Shown here one piece after another: positions 13,001-27,642 of a stretch of 64,000 bases of DNA. The stretch spans positions 9,796,001 to 9,860,000 of the forward strand of contig CP075493.1 of the NCBI GenBank assembly GCA_021613535.1, given 5' to 3'. The notes under the pieces are model-generated. The model was not told the origin of the DNA. It saw nothing but the letters and a program-made list of their open reading frames with translations, and searched no databases. The first letter of the stretch is position 1; the number at the start of each line of letters is the position of its first letter. A program made the translations under genes and the position numbers. This stretch comes from Adineta vaga (taxonomy: Eukaryota > Animalia > Rotifera).

Positions 13001-15035
13001 TACCTGCATCATTTCTAAGCTACCGTCCAACAGATGCCATCGAACAATTCAAGTCAAAAGCAAGTTCTTTTTGTGCGCTAAAGGCATTTCTATGTGATTT
13101 CATACTATTTCAGGACGAACTAGGAAATGATAGTTCAGTAAAAGGCTTTACCAAACATTCTCGGTATTGTTATAATACAGTGTTCCGATAATTATTATAA
13201 GCATCTATTTTAGATGGAGAGGTGTAACAGATCCTTCGATCAATGACTCGAAGTGGCACCACAAATTCATTTATTTTCATTATAGTCCTGCAGTGAGAAT
13301 GTTCTACCATTTCGTAAGACATACATGAAATACTTTATTTTCTAATGAGAATGAAAAAAATCTCTTCTAGTTGTTTTACATATGGTTTCTCTTGGTATTC
13401 AGTTATATGATGTTATTCGATATGAAATCAGAAGATCAAACTATTGGTTGGAGAGAAATTTATATTTTGATTACAGTGACAGCAATGTTATTTGATGACA
13501 TATATAGAGTGAGTATTGTAGAACATTAAAACGCCTTCCGTTTTTTAAGACTTATTGTATGAATTTAGGTAATTGTAGAATATCATACTCAAATGATAGA
13601 ACGGTGGCATTTGAAGAGTACTTGGATATTACCTATGTATGCGTTGCCTTATATTCTTTTCTATATCGGTTTTGCTCTTCATATGCGTTCAACTATTCGA
13701 CCTGATCTATTCACAGCTGCCAGGTAAACAAAGACGTGCGTTTTTTTCTGTCTTTTTATTTGAAAGAAACATTAGGATTATGCTTGCTTTTGATCTGGAA
13801 ATATGGTTTCTATTCTCATTACGTTTTGTCAGTGCTATTAAACTTCTTGGTCCTAAACTATTTATGATCCGAAATATGGTAATTTTTATAGCATTTGTAC
13901 TTTCAGAACAGCTCGAATGATGAAAATTCATTTTTATCATATAGATGCGTGATTTGATATCTATTATCTATCTGATATTCGTATGTATTGCTGCTTATGG
14001 TGTCGTCTCTCGTGCTTTGTTCATGTACAATAATATCGAATTTACCGCTCAAAATGTTTTCACGTCGATTTTTTATCGACCATATTGGTTTTTATATTCA
14101 ATTGTGGATGAAGAAAGAAATGATCTTGATGGTGCGTTTTGTTTTGAAACTAAACCTAAATAAACGATTAAGACATGATCGTTCAATTTTTAGGTATCAT
14201 TTCATCAAATATTAGCACATCAAGACAAGTGAGCGAAGCTACTGTAACTCATGTGTTACTTACATTTCACATGCTTTTTATCAATATTTTACTTCTTAAT
14301 CTATTGATTGCTGCATTTAAGTAAGTAGAACGAATAGATGATGAAAAGATTATTGAGAATTTTTTTTCCAGTTTTTCAATTCAACGTGTCGAAGACAAAA
14401 ATAAGTTCTATTGGCGTTATCAACGTTATGAATTATTGAGAGAATATTTCGAAAAACCTCTCTTAGCTATTCCTCCTTTGTCACTATTGGTCTATTCTTT
14501 CGTATTAATAATGATTTTTTGCAATCGTGGTACGAATCATCGAATCCTTAGTAAGTATTTCTCATAGGAATACGGGCAAAGATAAAAGAAATCATTATGT
14601 GAAGATAAATAACAAAATAATAAGAGATATGCTTTTCAGAACGTCGAACTACATCTAAACTAGATAAAGCTTGGACTGATTTCGAACATCTTGCAACTTA
14701 TCATTATGCACGGAAAACTGTCGAAGATAACTATCAACATCGACGGGAACCGGAAACATTACAGTAAATTTTCCAAGAATAGATTTGTTTTTTATCGATG
14801 ATAATCGAAACTTCTCTAGAACTCCGATTATGTCAGAAGTGACTCCGAATGGATCAGCTCAAGATGATTCTAGAAATACCAATACAGTGCATCGTTCCAG
14901 CATAATTGAAGCACCAGTATTTCACGTATGATTTTCGTATGTAACTTTTATTTTTATAGCATAGAAATATCTATTCAGACAAATCCACTTCATCGCAAAA
15001 TACAAACAATCTCTTTGGGTTCTTCAAGTGTATAG
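10038..15035 (+). CDS. TRPM-like cation channel, many short exons, with one in-frame TAA at 12476-12478
   Basis: MHR/SLOG motifs CICGR, PDLLISCFGGA, WFLTTGLNKGV, LNKHHTHFLLLD, IEGGFGTL and VQGSGRLAD; MHR4 LFLWSV..GAALLA; TM region LLGPKLFMIRNM and LLLNLLIAAF; TRP-box-like WRYQRY. No C-terminal NUDT9-H or kinase domain seen. Confidence 0.9.
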
Positions 15036-16545
15036 GCACTAATTGAACTATGGTGTATCCCGTTAATATACATTCTAACATATATTTTAAGACATAAAAA
15101 TTTATCTTTTTAATCCTATGACGAATAATATTAAAAAATAAAAACTAAGAATTTGTTTTCAAAATTTTCGATTAAATACGAAAAAAAATTCTTTCATAAA
15201 ATCATCATGATAAAAATAGAGAAAGAACGACTGTACAAGATATAACTGCTATACCACAATGATTCTTCAATAGTCACTCAAATATCACTTCTAATTTGAA
15301 TACCTGTAAGCACAAACTTCAATCTCATTTATATATCGATTATGTCATCGATTGTACCTAATCGTTCCACTCTTATTCAATGTCAAGGATCACTATAATG
15401 AATTCGTTTTCTTCTGATACAACCATCATATCTAATACAATTTCAATTACGATTAATTTTCTTTTCAAAACAAAACGAAGATAAAGCACAATTCTTTTAC
15501 AAGGTGTTTTCCATTGACGAATATTTTCAACAAAATGTGATGGGTAATTATATCTATCTTCGAGTTTTGTTTTCTAATCAGCTTGTTGAACGATATTAAA
15601 AAGATAATTTTGTTTTGTGAACATTAAAAGATGATCCAATATCGTCTTAAAGAAGCAAATTAAGACACCTTTACGTTAACAACTTTTCTGATGAAAGAAT
15701 ATACCGCCTGTACTTATAACGTCTATCTATATATACCCGTTCTGAACTTTATGATTACTTCAGTTAACTGAATTGAACATTGAATGTATAGTTTACACCT
15801 TGATTTCCCTATAATTATTCATCTAAGCATGTCGAGAGATCCATGAATCATAGACTCTCGTCATACTTGACATATAGTGTCAATCGTTTGCCTCCCTCTC
15901 TTCGTATAGATATCCATTCATTCATTGTTGATGATCGATCAATGATCACCCCGTGACGAATATCGGCAGGATATCCACTTGATACTTTTATTTTCATAGA
16001 TTTTCAAGTAGACACTATTAATACCTTTTTTGAATATAAGAGAAAAAAATCTATTCAATCAAAAACCTTTGTCACTTTTCTATTGGCACGTGTATTCTTA
16101 TCAAATTTTTTGCGTTAACGATTCGTTTTCTTCTTTTCTTTCTCTACTATATCATATCAGTTGACAGGGGATATTGGAGACAAGCAATTATCACCTATAT
16201 CAGAAGGTTTGGACAATAAAATCGAAGGTGTGAAGGTAAAGATAGATAAGGAAAATATCAAAGATCTCAATCGAAGTTCAAATGCCTGCAGCGAATGAGT
16301 TGATATTTTGTTCTTAATTAATGAAAAGCAAAAGACAAAGGTTAAATGTACCATCTGTCTAAATAGAAAAACGACGTAGGTTTTTCGCTTCACTGTTTTT
16401 AATGAGCATCAAGTATTGTTATTCTTTTTCACTTGATTTTTTAGTATTAATTTTAATGAATATGAAATCTTTTTTCGGTCACTTGACTTTTGTTTCTTAT
16501 TTAGGATATAGAAAAGTTATTTCATTATGTATATACCTATATCAA

Positions 16546-16553
16546 TGACGTCA
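16546..16553. promoter_or_regulatory. Perfect CRE palindrome TGACGTCA in intergenic DNA upstream of the RhoGEF gene
   Basis: Exact 8-bp match. Function unproven; about 0.5 chance occurrences expected in a window of this size and GC. Confidence 0.25.
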
Positions 16554-17860
16554 AATGCGCAGTAGGCGGACATTCCGCATTTCGTCGGCCTTAGGCTATT
16601 CATTTGCTTTTCTTCATACACGTGTGTTTACTCATTAGGAATGAATGAATAGGGCTTCGTGGTAGAAACAAAAAAAAAATTAGACGTGATAAAGCTTCTC
16701 CACCCTTTATCTCTCTTGAGAATGTGTATCTAGGTGATCAAGTGACCAATGCAGATTTGTTTCATTATATAAAATGAACAGCCATCGGGCATTGACTGAC
16801 AAAATATATTTTACATTCAACAATGCAAATCCTCGTAATTATGCACCGTTTTTTTTCTTCTACGTTTCCCTTCGCAACAGACGCCCACTCTTTAACATTG
16901 AGAGTTCGTAGACTTCAAAGACAAAATAGTCGTTCACTCAATAGGAGGTGACATCATCGATGATTGTTCATAGTGACTATAATTGAAAGGTAGAGATCTT
17001 CACTTGAATCATCACAGGCTTGTCTCTATCTTAATGATTAACGAATATGCGTGTTTACTGATGGCATCAGGCGAATGAGGAACAAATTATGTTAAAGTGT
17101 GAAAATGATCGAGATATTCATAGTCATTGTTAGTTTATAAGCTCATTCGATGTGTTTCGCTTAATCATTAAGTCGATATCGATTCGAAACGTGTCGAAGA
17201 ATATATTTACATGGTATGTCAATCTCTAAGTAGAGTTTTGATGTGGTAATCAATCCATCGATTGATAGTTTATGTAACATTTTCTTTCATCATACGTTAT
17301 TTATCTATGAAAAACAAAAATTTAAGAAAAAAAATAGGAGAGACAAGTCTTATTTGAAAAAATGAAGATGATCATATATTTCAGACTGGCGAAATGACCA
17401 CCTACTGTTGTTAACTAGAGGTAGATGTACATGCGCGCGCATCTAATTGCGTAATCATATTAGGATCAGAAACATTCTTGTCTATATAGATTGATCTCAT
17501 CATTTCATAGTTATAATTCGATATATATAATATCGAATATCTGTTTAAGAAAATTCCATTCTAAAATTTATTCGAATCAAGTAAGCAAGAAAACAAATGC
17601 GTATGTATTTCACATTCATATGTGAATTATCTAGTAGAAAATAACAACATTTGCTTGTTAATGCCTAATTCAAGTGGATGTTGTTCGATACACACACTTA
17701 CGATGTCTATATGTCTCATCCCTTCTGTTATCAAATTTATGAGAAAGACGAGTGAGAAAGAGAGAGAGAGAGGGAAAAATACACGTCAAATTTGTATTTT
17801 TTCCGCTTTTTTAAGCAATAAAAACACATATACTCATGTTTGTCATTTCCATAACTGAAT

Positions 17861-20800
17861 ATGATATCTGACGGTTTGAAAACAATGTTTCCATCACGTA
17901 AGTTATTTCGTAGCAAGAACGAGGGCATAAGATTTTCTTTTATGTATGATGATGATCATCAGATATCATGACTTCTACAGTCCGTTAAATATGCTTACAT
18001 GAGCATCAAAAGAGCTGTTCACCTGTCTTTTTTTCTATCGGTTGAGCAATCTTTTTTATTCTATTGTTTTTATTAATTAAAATGATCATGAATTCGCTAA
18101 CTGTAGAAGCATGAAATAGAATCGTTTGTTCTCTTTGTCGCTTTTGAATAAGATAGAGATTGTTTTTTATTTACGATTAGATCTATTTCAATAGAATTTC
18201 TCTTCAATGACAGATGAGTTTTCGACGTGCTCATTTCGATCATTGCTATGAAACATGACAGCGGCATGTGTTCGTATGACAATTCAATTCTCACCTTCAA
18301 TGAGTTAATCTTGTCACTTGTCTTTTTTCTTCATCTTTCATCATTTATTGACAGAAAGAAAACAGCTTAACATAACACATCATTTTTCCAAACTATTTCG
18401 ATATTTTAGAACAACATTACTGGTCACGACAACGTTATAAGTTGAATCTTATTGACTCTCCACAAGAATCTCATCATCATCATCAACGAATAAGTGGTAA
18501 GAGGGAAAACATTTTCATTTTGTTCTTTGAAATCAGATCAGTTGAGAAAAATTCCTTTTTTAAACAGATATGACATTTTCATCATGAGAAAGGTTAATGA
18601 ATGATAAATGATTTTTTTTCTTATTCCGGACATTTCTCATTTCCTTCAAATGATGAGATGTAACGAATGAATCGAACACTAAGGTAAGTATTTGATTGAA
18701 CTGACCGTTGAGTGTACTATCACGTATTAAACTCTTTTTTTGATTTTCTGTTATATGGGTGAATGCATATGCGTCTCACTTGATTATGTTGAAGAATACT
18801 CTATGTCATCTGTTCTCTCTCACCGTTTTAATATCAAAAAAACAAAAAAGAACTGTTTATTCGGCTTTTTGATGTAAACGTCATGGTTAGAAGATGTTTC
18901 CCCCCTTGGTGAATGCTATCAATCATGAAAAAGAAAACGAGAAAGGGAGAAAAAAACGTCTTCGATCCAATGACAACAAGTGTCATTTTCAATTTCTTCT
19001 TTTCGAACTGATGATTAACTCAATTAGATCATTCGTTTTCCGATCATTGTGTAATGCTAATCCTTCTTGCCCGCCCCTTCACCTTTTTCGAACAGTACCG
19101 TTGGTGGTCATGATGGTGTCCGTTGACTAAATATAGTATCTCTATGTACACAGAATGACAATCGTTATGGTTGTATACGTATCAATCAGACAGTCTGTTC
19201 TGGTGATTAGCAAGAAAGTAGGAGGTCACATATCTTTGCTAAATTAGACAAAACCAGGGGGTTATCACATCATTCCAGAAGAGTTAACTTTGTTCATTCC
19301 TTTTTTCAAGACACTTGGGTGAGCAATATACAGCTGCCTATGGTTGATCGAAAAGAGAAAATGAAGGAAAACATTCCATATATGAATGGATATATAAATA
19401 CATACACATTGCTCTTTTCTAATCATTCATAGTCAATTGTATATTGTTACGTATTTCAGATTCCAATACGAGTGTCATTTCATCTGAGGTAAAATTTATT
19501 CTTCTTCTTTTTGTTTTGAAATACGATGTTCAAGAAGAAGATGATCTTTAAATTTATTTCGTTTTCTTCCTTTAGATTTATCATTCTTATCAATCGATTA
19601 TGATGAGTGATGAAGGATTATTAATCACACCGACATCTTCGAATAAACGTACATTAACTGATCATCTAGTTGATTATGTCAAAAAAAGTAAACGTCTTGT
19701 TCCATGTACAATTTTATCACCAATAAAGAATTCGAAAGAAACAATGACATCATCGAAACGAGGTAATTATCTTGCTAATGATTATTTCAATCTGATTTCG
19801 ATTTGTTTCAGGTTCATTATGTATTGCATATTCAATTATCCATGATGATCACACTCAAAATTCGACTCTTACTTTACATGGTAATCATATTGTTTATTTT
19901 GTTTAAAAATCCGTTAGAATGATTAATTCGTTTTTCTTCTTCTCTCTCTCTCTCTCCCTTTGAAAACCATATGCCTAAGTTTTTTTGTTTATATTTTAGT
20001 GATACGAGCCAGACAATTGTCATTTGGACATCCGGATACTCATTCATTAAATACGTATGTTCAAGTAAAATATCTTGATTATGAACAAAATTCAAAAATC
20101 ATTTCCAAAACGAATTCACCTGTTTATGAACAAATATTTTCAATGTAAGATTTCTAATCGATACGAAGAGAAAGAAAAACAATTGAATCGTATTGGAATG
20201 TTTTAGACCGATACAAAATAACAATTTATCGACACTATCGAAACGCTTGACAATCTCTGTTTATAATCAATCGGAAACAAATAAGAAGTAAGTCTTCAAA
20301 CGAACATTATTATCACAAGTTTTTTGACGGTGTGAAAACACTAATCGAATCTCCAGTAATAGTGTATATGTGTCTGTTTATGTTTTTCTTTACGTGTAAG
20401 AAGATTCACTATCTTTTCTCTCATTCACAAGTGATATATCTATAGTCTGACGACGACGAATCATCCAGGGAAGAAAAAGAAAGAAAGAAAGAAAAGAGAG
20501 GAAAGAAAAGAAAGAAAAATCTCTCGATACGATCTGTTTTTATTCGTACAGCGAAATAAATTCGTCATATTTTTTTTTAGAAGTGACTTAATCGGATGTA
20601 TGTCATTTAATATGAAAACTCTTCTCAAAACAACCTGTTGTACTAAAGTAAGAAGATTGATTTACAAGTGTCAATAATCAGCAATATAAACAAATCATTA
20701 TTGTTCTTTTTCATTTAGAATTCAACCAAATATAAATGGTATTGTCTATTACCAGAATCAATTGGACGACATAAACGAATGGCATTGAATGTCGAAGTAT

Positions 20801-22954
20801 CATCAACGCATTCAAAAAAACCATGTACATCATCATCATCACGACGAACACATTCAACAGTTGGAAATCAAACCAATGGACTTTTATTGAATGTAAATTA
20901 TTGAATATTTCATTTTGAATAAGTTCTATAGATTGTATCTATTTAGGTGGAAGTGTTTAATCGCGATGAAATTCAATTTGCTTCAGGATATCCTTGTACG
21001 GTTAGTGAAGTAAAACCTGGCATTGGTTCATCTTCTACGCGTCCAATGCCTGGTGATATCCTTCTTCAAGTAAATGATATCAATGTTTCTCGAACACAAT
21101 CCAAAGCTGTTCATAAATTAATGAAGTGAGCATTATCTCTTCGCTTGCAGACACCAATCATATCAATGATGTTTTTCTTTTCTATTCATAGAAATTTACC
21201 CCTACCGATTACCCTTCAATTATATCGTCGTTCTATAGCAACTAAATCCGTTAAAATTGATAAGATTGTTCTCAACTCTGTTGATCAACACCAACCATTA
21301 AATTCGAATTTATTTTCGAAAAAATCTGAACATAATTATTCCTTTAGTGAAACATATGCTGATCAAGCATTCTGTTCATCCGATAAACCATATAATAATT
21401 ATGATGAAATAACCAATTGTCTTTTACCTGAAACCATCGTTCTTGATAATAAACAAGAACAATCCTTACTTATGTCACCTATTCATCGAAAACTTTCAGA
21501 ACAAAGTGATGGAAGTGAATCAGGTGTTGGATCAGAAAGTAATCCGTATTCTGATGGTGAACATCGACTAGTATGTTTAATGTCTATATATATATATATT
21601 TTCTTCATTAATAAAATTGTTTTTTTTTAAGGAAATTATTTCTGAAACGTATGAACGTGAAGCATTACATTTGATTGAAATTGAAAAAGAATTTATTACT
21701 CAACTTGAACTTGGTGTACAATTGTACTCACGTCCTTTAAAACATTATTTAATCTCATCCAATGAACATGGAAAATTATTTCAAAATATTGAAAAAGTAT
21801 GTTTTTTTTCTCGGAATCGAGAGAAGAAATGTTTTTATAAATTTCTATCTATAGATCTTGGCCATATCACGTTATCAATTGAATCGTTTACAATCATTAT
21901 CTGATCGAACTATTATCAGTCATATTGGTCAAATATTTCATGAAAAAGTTCAATTAATCTGTGAAGCATTTACACGCTACATCTCAGGTTATGCTGATGC
22001 TTGCCTTCAATTAAAACAATTGAATAAATGTGCAAGTTTTCAACGATTTATCTTACAAGGAAATCATTCAAATCTTTCAATTGAACAGTTTTTACAAATA
22101 CCTTTGAATCATCTGGATAATTTGGCCAATCAATTAGATACATTATGTTGTACATGTGAAAATGGAAATGATGCAAATTATCTTTTACATGTATTGAAAG
22201 AATTACGACAATGTTCATCTCATTACGAATCATCAATATCAACAGCATCAGTTAGTCATCATCAACATCATTGTACAACAACAATGACATTGAACAGTGC
22301 AAGTCGAATAACATCATCGATGAGTAATTATACTGAAGATGAACAAATTCTTGATTTACAAAATCGTCTTCAATTTGCAAAAAATATTCAAGTAAGACGA
22401 ACGAAAAATATTGAAAAAGAAAAATGAATCATTGAATTTTTATTTAGAATATCACATTAATTGGTAAAAATCGACATGTCATCTTTTCGGGTGTACTTCT
22501 ATTTCAAAATGAAAATAAAAATTATATCGAAGTAAATAAAGCATTGCTAAATGAGATAACTATTTGTATTAAACAACTTGCTTTTTCCTTTCAGACATGG
22601 GCCATTCTTCTCAATGATATGCTTCTATTTACACAACGTAATGCAATTGATACACGTTTAACACTTATTTGTGATCCTATCTTATTAACTGATATTGTCG
22701 ATTTTCGATCTAGTAATGAACGTATGTAGTTATTCTATGATTTCTTAGAACTTTTGTTAACAAAAATATTTTGATTTGTTTTAGGTGAAGATGCGTTGAT
22801 CTTTGTATCGAATAAACCGAATATTCCTTATAAAATCCGTTATCCAAGTAAATGTTTACAATGCGCATGGCAAACAATCCTTGAACAACGTCTTAAAACT
22901 TGGCAACGATCAATTCATGATGAATCCTCCTCAGCCGACTCCGATCTTGAATGA
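17861..22954 (+). CDS. C2-PDZ-RhoGEF(DH)-PH protein, protostome-specific GEF (PsGEF)-like
   Basis: C2 (VIRARQL..NTYVQV..KTNSPVYEQIF..LIGCMSF), PDZ (GYPCTVSEV..PGDILLQVNDINVS), DH (LIEIEKEFITQLELGVQLYSRPL..LFQNIEK..FLQIPLNHL) and PH (WAILLNDMLLFT). Upstream exons 17861-17897, 18410-18496 and 19460-19488 splice in frame into the 19600 ORF; the 5' end is less certain. Confidence 0.8.
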
Positions 22955-23845
22955 GATAATTATTCGTCTGTTTTGTTTTTGAATCTAATTATTGAAACAA
23001 AAAAAACAAGCCATGTATCTTTTCTTTTTGAAATGAATTCTTTTCTTTATGTGTGTGAGCGTGTGTGTGTCGATACTAAATTGAAAATTTTTGTTTTTTT
23101 CTCTTTTCTCTTTATCTATGTACCTGAACGATATTTTATTTGTATTATTCCTTGTTAATGTTAATCTTTGGTTTTGTCTCTTTTTCTTTTCTCGGTTAAT
23201 TCTTGTATTGAAGATGAATATGTGAAAAAGAGTAGATAGAGATTGATATGAACACTTAAATAAGTTAATTTATTTTTTTTGTGATGAAAAATTTGTTCGA
23301 TGAATGCAAAATGAAATAAAACGGAAATTTGTTTTTTTTATGAAAATTCATTTTTCATGATTTAATCTGATCGCGATGAGATCATCAGTTTGACAAAACG
23401 AAAATGAACATTTGTTTATCTAGCAACATATCTGATGAGATGTTGGTTACATATCTTATGTAAGAATGGATAATTGCCAGATGAATCGATTACCGTGATA
23501 TGTGACAGTTCATTCATTATTGAAATGTGTGACATATCCGTGTTCACATTGTAATATATTTGCAGAAAGAGAATGCACGTGTTTCATGAAATCATTATCT
23601 TGAGCATGTTTAACAATAGTAATGAAAATAAAAGGATTGCAAATATATATATATATATGTATATGTATTAAATATGAGACGTGTTGTCTATATATCGTAA
23701 AAAAAAGATGCACGCCGTCGATACATAAACGAAACGAAAGAGCAAAAGGAAAAAAAATGAAATAAATCTGTCATAGGAAATAAGTATGGCAAACAGGAAA
23801 AGTAACAGAAAAGAAAGAACGAACAAAAGAATAATAAATCAATGC

Positions 23846-26800
23846 TTAACTGGTGTCCCGAATTTTAGTTTTGGAATTTGAATTTGAACGCATTTGCCTC
23901 TGTTGTTGTTGTTGTTGTTGGTGATGGAAATTAGTTGGTGTACTTTGTCGTGGACGATAGTCAAGTCTGTAACCTTCTGATCGAAAAAGATTTAGAATTG
24001 AAAAAGTTCAGATCAATCATTAACATTTACTTACCTCTAGTACTATGAGAGTAATTTGAATCGGATAGATACTGTTCAGGACAGGCAAACGCTAAATGAC
24101 CAAAACCACCGCAAGTATAACATGCTTTTGGTCGAATATGTTGTTGTTGTTGTTGTTGTTGTTGCTGCTGTTGTTGTGGATAGGATGTTTGTGATTGTCG
24201 TTGTTGAGAATGTGATGAATTTTGTTGATATTGTTGAGAATCTGATGGATAATGTTGTCTCTGTCGATAATGTGAATGTTGATGACGAGACACAGTTGAT
24301 GATGTAGTTGATGCAGATGAATGATGAAGATTTTGTCCATTTTGTTCTGGTGGTGTATTTGTACCATTCGATTGTGTTGTTGAACGTGAATTTGACATTG
24401 ATCCTTGTGTTCCATTAGAATTTCCGATATAATTAGTATGTGATGAATTAGTACCGTTTGCTACAGCAGCAGCAGCTGCAACGGCAGCCATATTGGGAGC
24501 AAAGAAACGCATAAGATCAGGTGATGTTGATGGAAAACCAGGTGGAATTGCAATTGGAAATATACATGGTTCAACTGGATTGTAAAGAAATGAATGTGCT
24601 GTTAATAACGGAACATGATGTTGAGTTGGAGGTGGACCATTCGCTGACGATGATGTTGATGATGTTGTTATAGGAACAGGTAATGCTTGTAATGTTGTAG
24701 GCTGTGATATATTATTAGTGTTGCCACCTTTTGGTAATTTTGGACTAGGATTTGATGATACAGATGGTCGCATACCAGTGAAATTAATTAGAATATGTTC
24801 AAACTGATTTCGATCGAAACCAGGTGGTGGTGTACGAGATGATGATGAGTGTGATTGTTGTTGCTGTTGAACAACAGTCATTAAAGCTGCATCAAGCAAT
24901 GGTGGTGGTAGTGGTGGTGGTGGTGATGTTGATAATGACGATGGAGGTATTTGAACAAAAGTACATGGTGATCGAACAGTTTTATTGCTGTTACTTAGAT
25001 GGACACTCATTGGTCTAAATTAAAGTGACAACAATTTGATATTGATTTTCATTCTCGTTACATACTTTAAATCATCTAGAGCACCACAAAGTAATTGAGC
25101 TATATTGGGATCAATTCCATCGACAATTAAATCATTTGGTGTTAATTTTGCTAACTAAAATTGAATTATCAATTGTTGAATTATTTTGATATTCTATACT
25201 TTACTTCATCCATAGAATATCTTCGAAGATAATCTTGATGTTCAGCAAGAATAAAACCAGGTCCAGGCATTCGATCTGTTTGAGTTTCTTCACATCGTAC
25301 TTCTAATCCTGTTTGTGTTCCATTATGTGTTGGAATTATTGATCGAGCTTGTTTTGCAACATCCAACTGTTGTTTTGATTTATTTGTACTTAACGATAAT
25401 TTAGGTGAACACAAGGTTTTATTTTCTGAATCAGATTGTTGTTGAATAGGTAATTCACATTCTAGAAGAAAAGAGAATATCATTTCAACAATGAAATACA
25501 TATTCTATTTACATACGAAGTGGTGTCATTCCATTGGAATAGGATGGTGAGGATGGTAATGATTCTTCAAAAGTACTATTCGAATTAAATAAGCGTTGTT
25601 TTGAATCAACTAATTTCAATGATGAATTGAAAAACTTCGCTAATGTTGATATTGTCGATATATACGATGAGAAATAAACAAGATGTCTATAAATCAGATA
25701 TTTGTTTCTAAGAATTTCTTATAACAAAACAATAGAGACGAACTTACGCCATATATATACCAATATTCTTTTTCATTTGTTCAATATCTGGTTCAGTTGC
25801 CGAGCCGATATCACGTAAATAACCTGATATATTCATTAAACGTTCTAATCGTACATCATCGTGATAAACAATATTCGATAACTAAGAAGATATCGATGAA
25901 AAACTTTTCTATCAGCTATAAAAAGTTTCTAGTATTCTCTTACTTGTAAATGAAATGATCGAATGTCATTTGGAGTTTTCCAAGCTAATGTCGAATTATT
26001 ATCTGACCAATCTGCTTTAATCAATACTCTCATCGGTGTACTATCTGCATCAAAATTAACAACAGTCAATCGAGTTAACAGAGCTAAAATTGAACGAAAG
26101 AAAAGTTCAATTTAGTTCAAATTCAAATCTATATTTCTTACGCGATGCATGTACACTCAATGTATTTGAATTATGCATTGATAATGATGATGATGATGAT
26201 AATAATAAATGATGACCTAAATATGTTGATTCATCAAGTGTATCTTCATCATCATTTTGATTAATTTGTACGGTTTGTAATAATTTCATTTTCCTTTGTC
26301 TCTTTTCTAATTCTTTAAATATTTGAGCCATTTGTGTACGCATATCAAAACTAAATGCAGGATGATTAGCAGCTAAACAAAAGATAATTAAAATTTCATC
26401 CATTGTTCGTTCATCCAAATCATCACGTTCTAATAACATATCGACTAATTTCACACTTTCGCTAGCTTTTAAACGACGAAATAATCGAATGGCACAAGCA
26501 CGATTTTTTGCCCACAGTAGAGCTAAACAAGAAAAAAAGAGAACCTATCGATGAAATTTTTATTAGATATATTAAATACCAATATCAACAATAGCATGTG
26601 CACGTGTGAATTGATCTGTTAGATCGAATTTTTCATCAGACAAAAGATCAGCTTGTTGATTCGTTTGTTCATTAGTACAACTTGAGACTGATGCAGTCGA
26701 TGATGATGATAATGGAACATTTTGTGTTAATAAATGATTGGTTTTTTGTTCAGCATGATATAGATATTCATAATCTTTTCGAGCTATTTCTTCTAAACAT

Positions 26801-26919
26801 GTACCAAGATAACGTAATTCTAATGGTTGACATAAATGAAGTAAACCATAGAGAAATTCAATACGTTTAGCTCCACTTAAATGATTAAAATAACGATGAA
26901 TTTCTTCTTGATTTAACAT
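23846..26919 (-). CDS. ZCCHC14/ZCCHC2-like RNA-regulatory protein with Pro/Gln-rich linker and C-terminal CCHC zinc knuckle
   Basis: N-terminal RYFNHLSGAKRIEFLYGLLHLCQPLELRYLGTCLEEIARKDY is the ZCCHC2/14 signature. Also ANHPAFSF and the knuckle CYTCGGFGHLAFAC. Confidence 0.88.
24139..24176 (-). repeat. CAA/CAG repeat encoding polyglutamine in the ZCCHC gene
   Basis: (TTG)n run on the + strand; poly-Q in ORF 24027-25010. Confidence 0.85.
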
Positions 26920-27642
26920 CGATTTAGATAGTCTAGATGATGTCGATGACAATGAATATGTACGAGATAATGATGGAGCCAGTTTTATTGATTTTGCTTT
27001 TTTTATTTCTTAATAATTGATTCGGAATATGTTGATTTTTATGAAGACATGAGTTTTCTAAGATTTTAAATGAATATGTTTATAATATAGAGAAAAAAAA
27101 CGAATGACGAAATACAAGGATGAAATTTCAATTGATATCAGTCGGATACAGAAACGAACGAGAGAAAAAAAGAATGATTATACCTCGATATATCAACCAG
27201 GATTCTCGTTTATCGTATTGATCTATCCTCTCCTCTATCGATTCGCTAGCAGATGTATACCATCCCAAAATGGATATCCAAGAACTAGATTACATGTATA
27301 TGTATGTGTATACATTCATATCAGCGAGAAGAGAAGAGAAATAGACAGAAAATCTATATATCCAATAAATGGATTTATTTCATAGATGTCATTAAATGAC
27401 AAACTTATACATTTTACTTAAATAATACTATAAGTATCAGATACTAATTGATAAAATCGTCAATTTAAATATCATGTTTACCAAGAAAGATCATTTGTAA
27501 AATTGAATAGACATCTCACAGCATTAAAAAGGTGATAATCAATTTATTGTGATATTAATGGGTGAATGACATTCATTTACGATTTGCGATTCAATGTCAA
27601 CTTTTTGCTGTCGATGTATTTCTCTGATATCAATTCTTCACC

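Noticed and set aside
16160-16298. Exon-like, purine-rich open stretch (LTGDIGDKQLSPISEGLDNK...)
   Set aside because: No convincing start exon or homology; could not be tied to a gene.
24056-25018. Antisense and alternate-frame ORFs over low-complexity exons (also at 5510, 36148 and 48096)
   Set aside because: Shadow ORFs caused by codon bias of the real genes.
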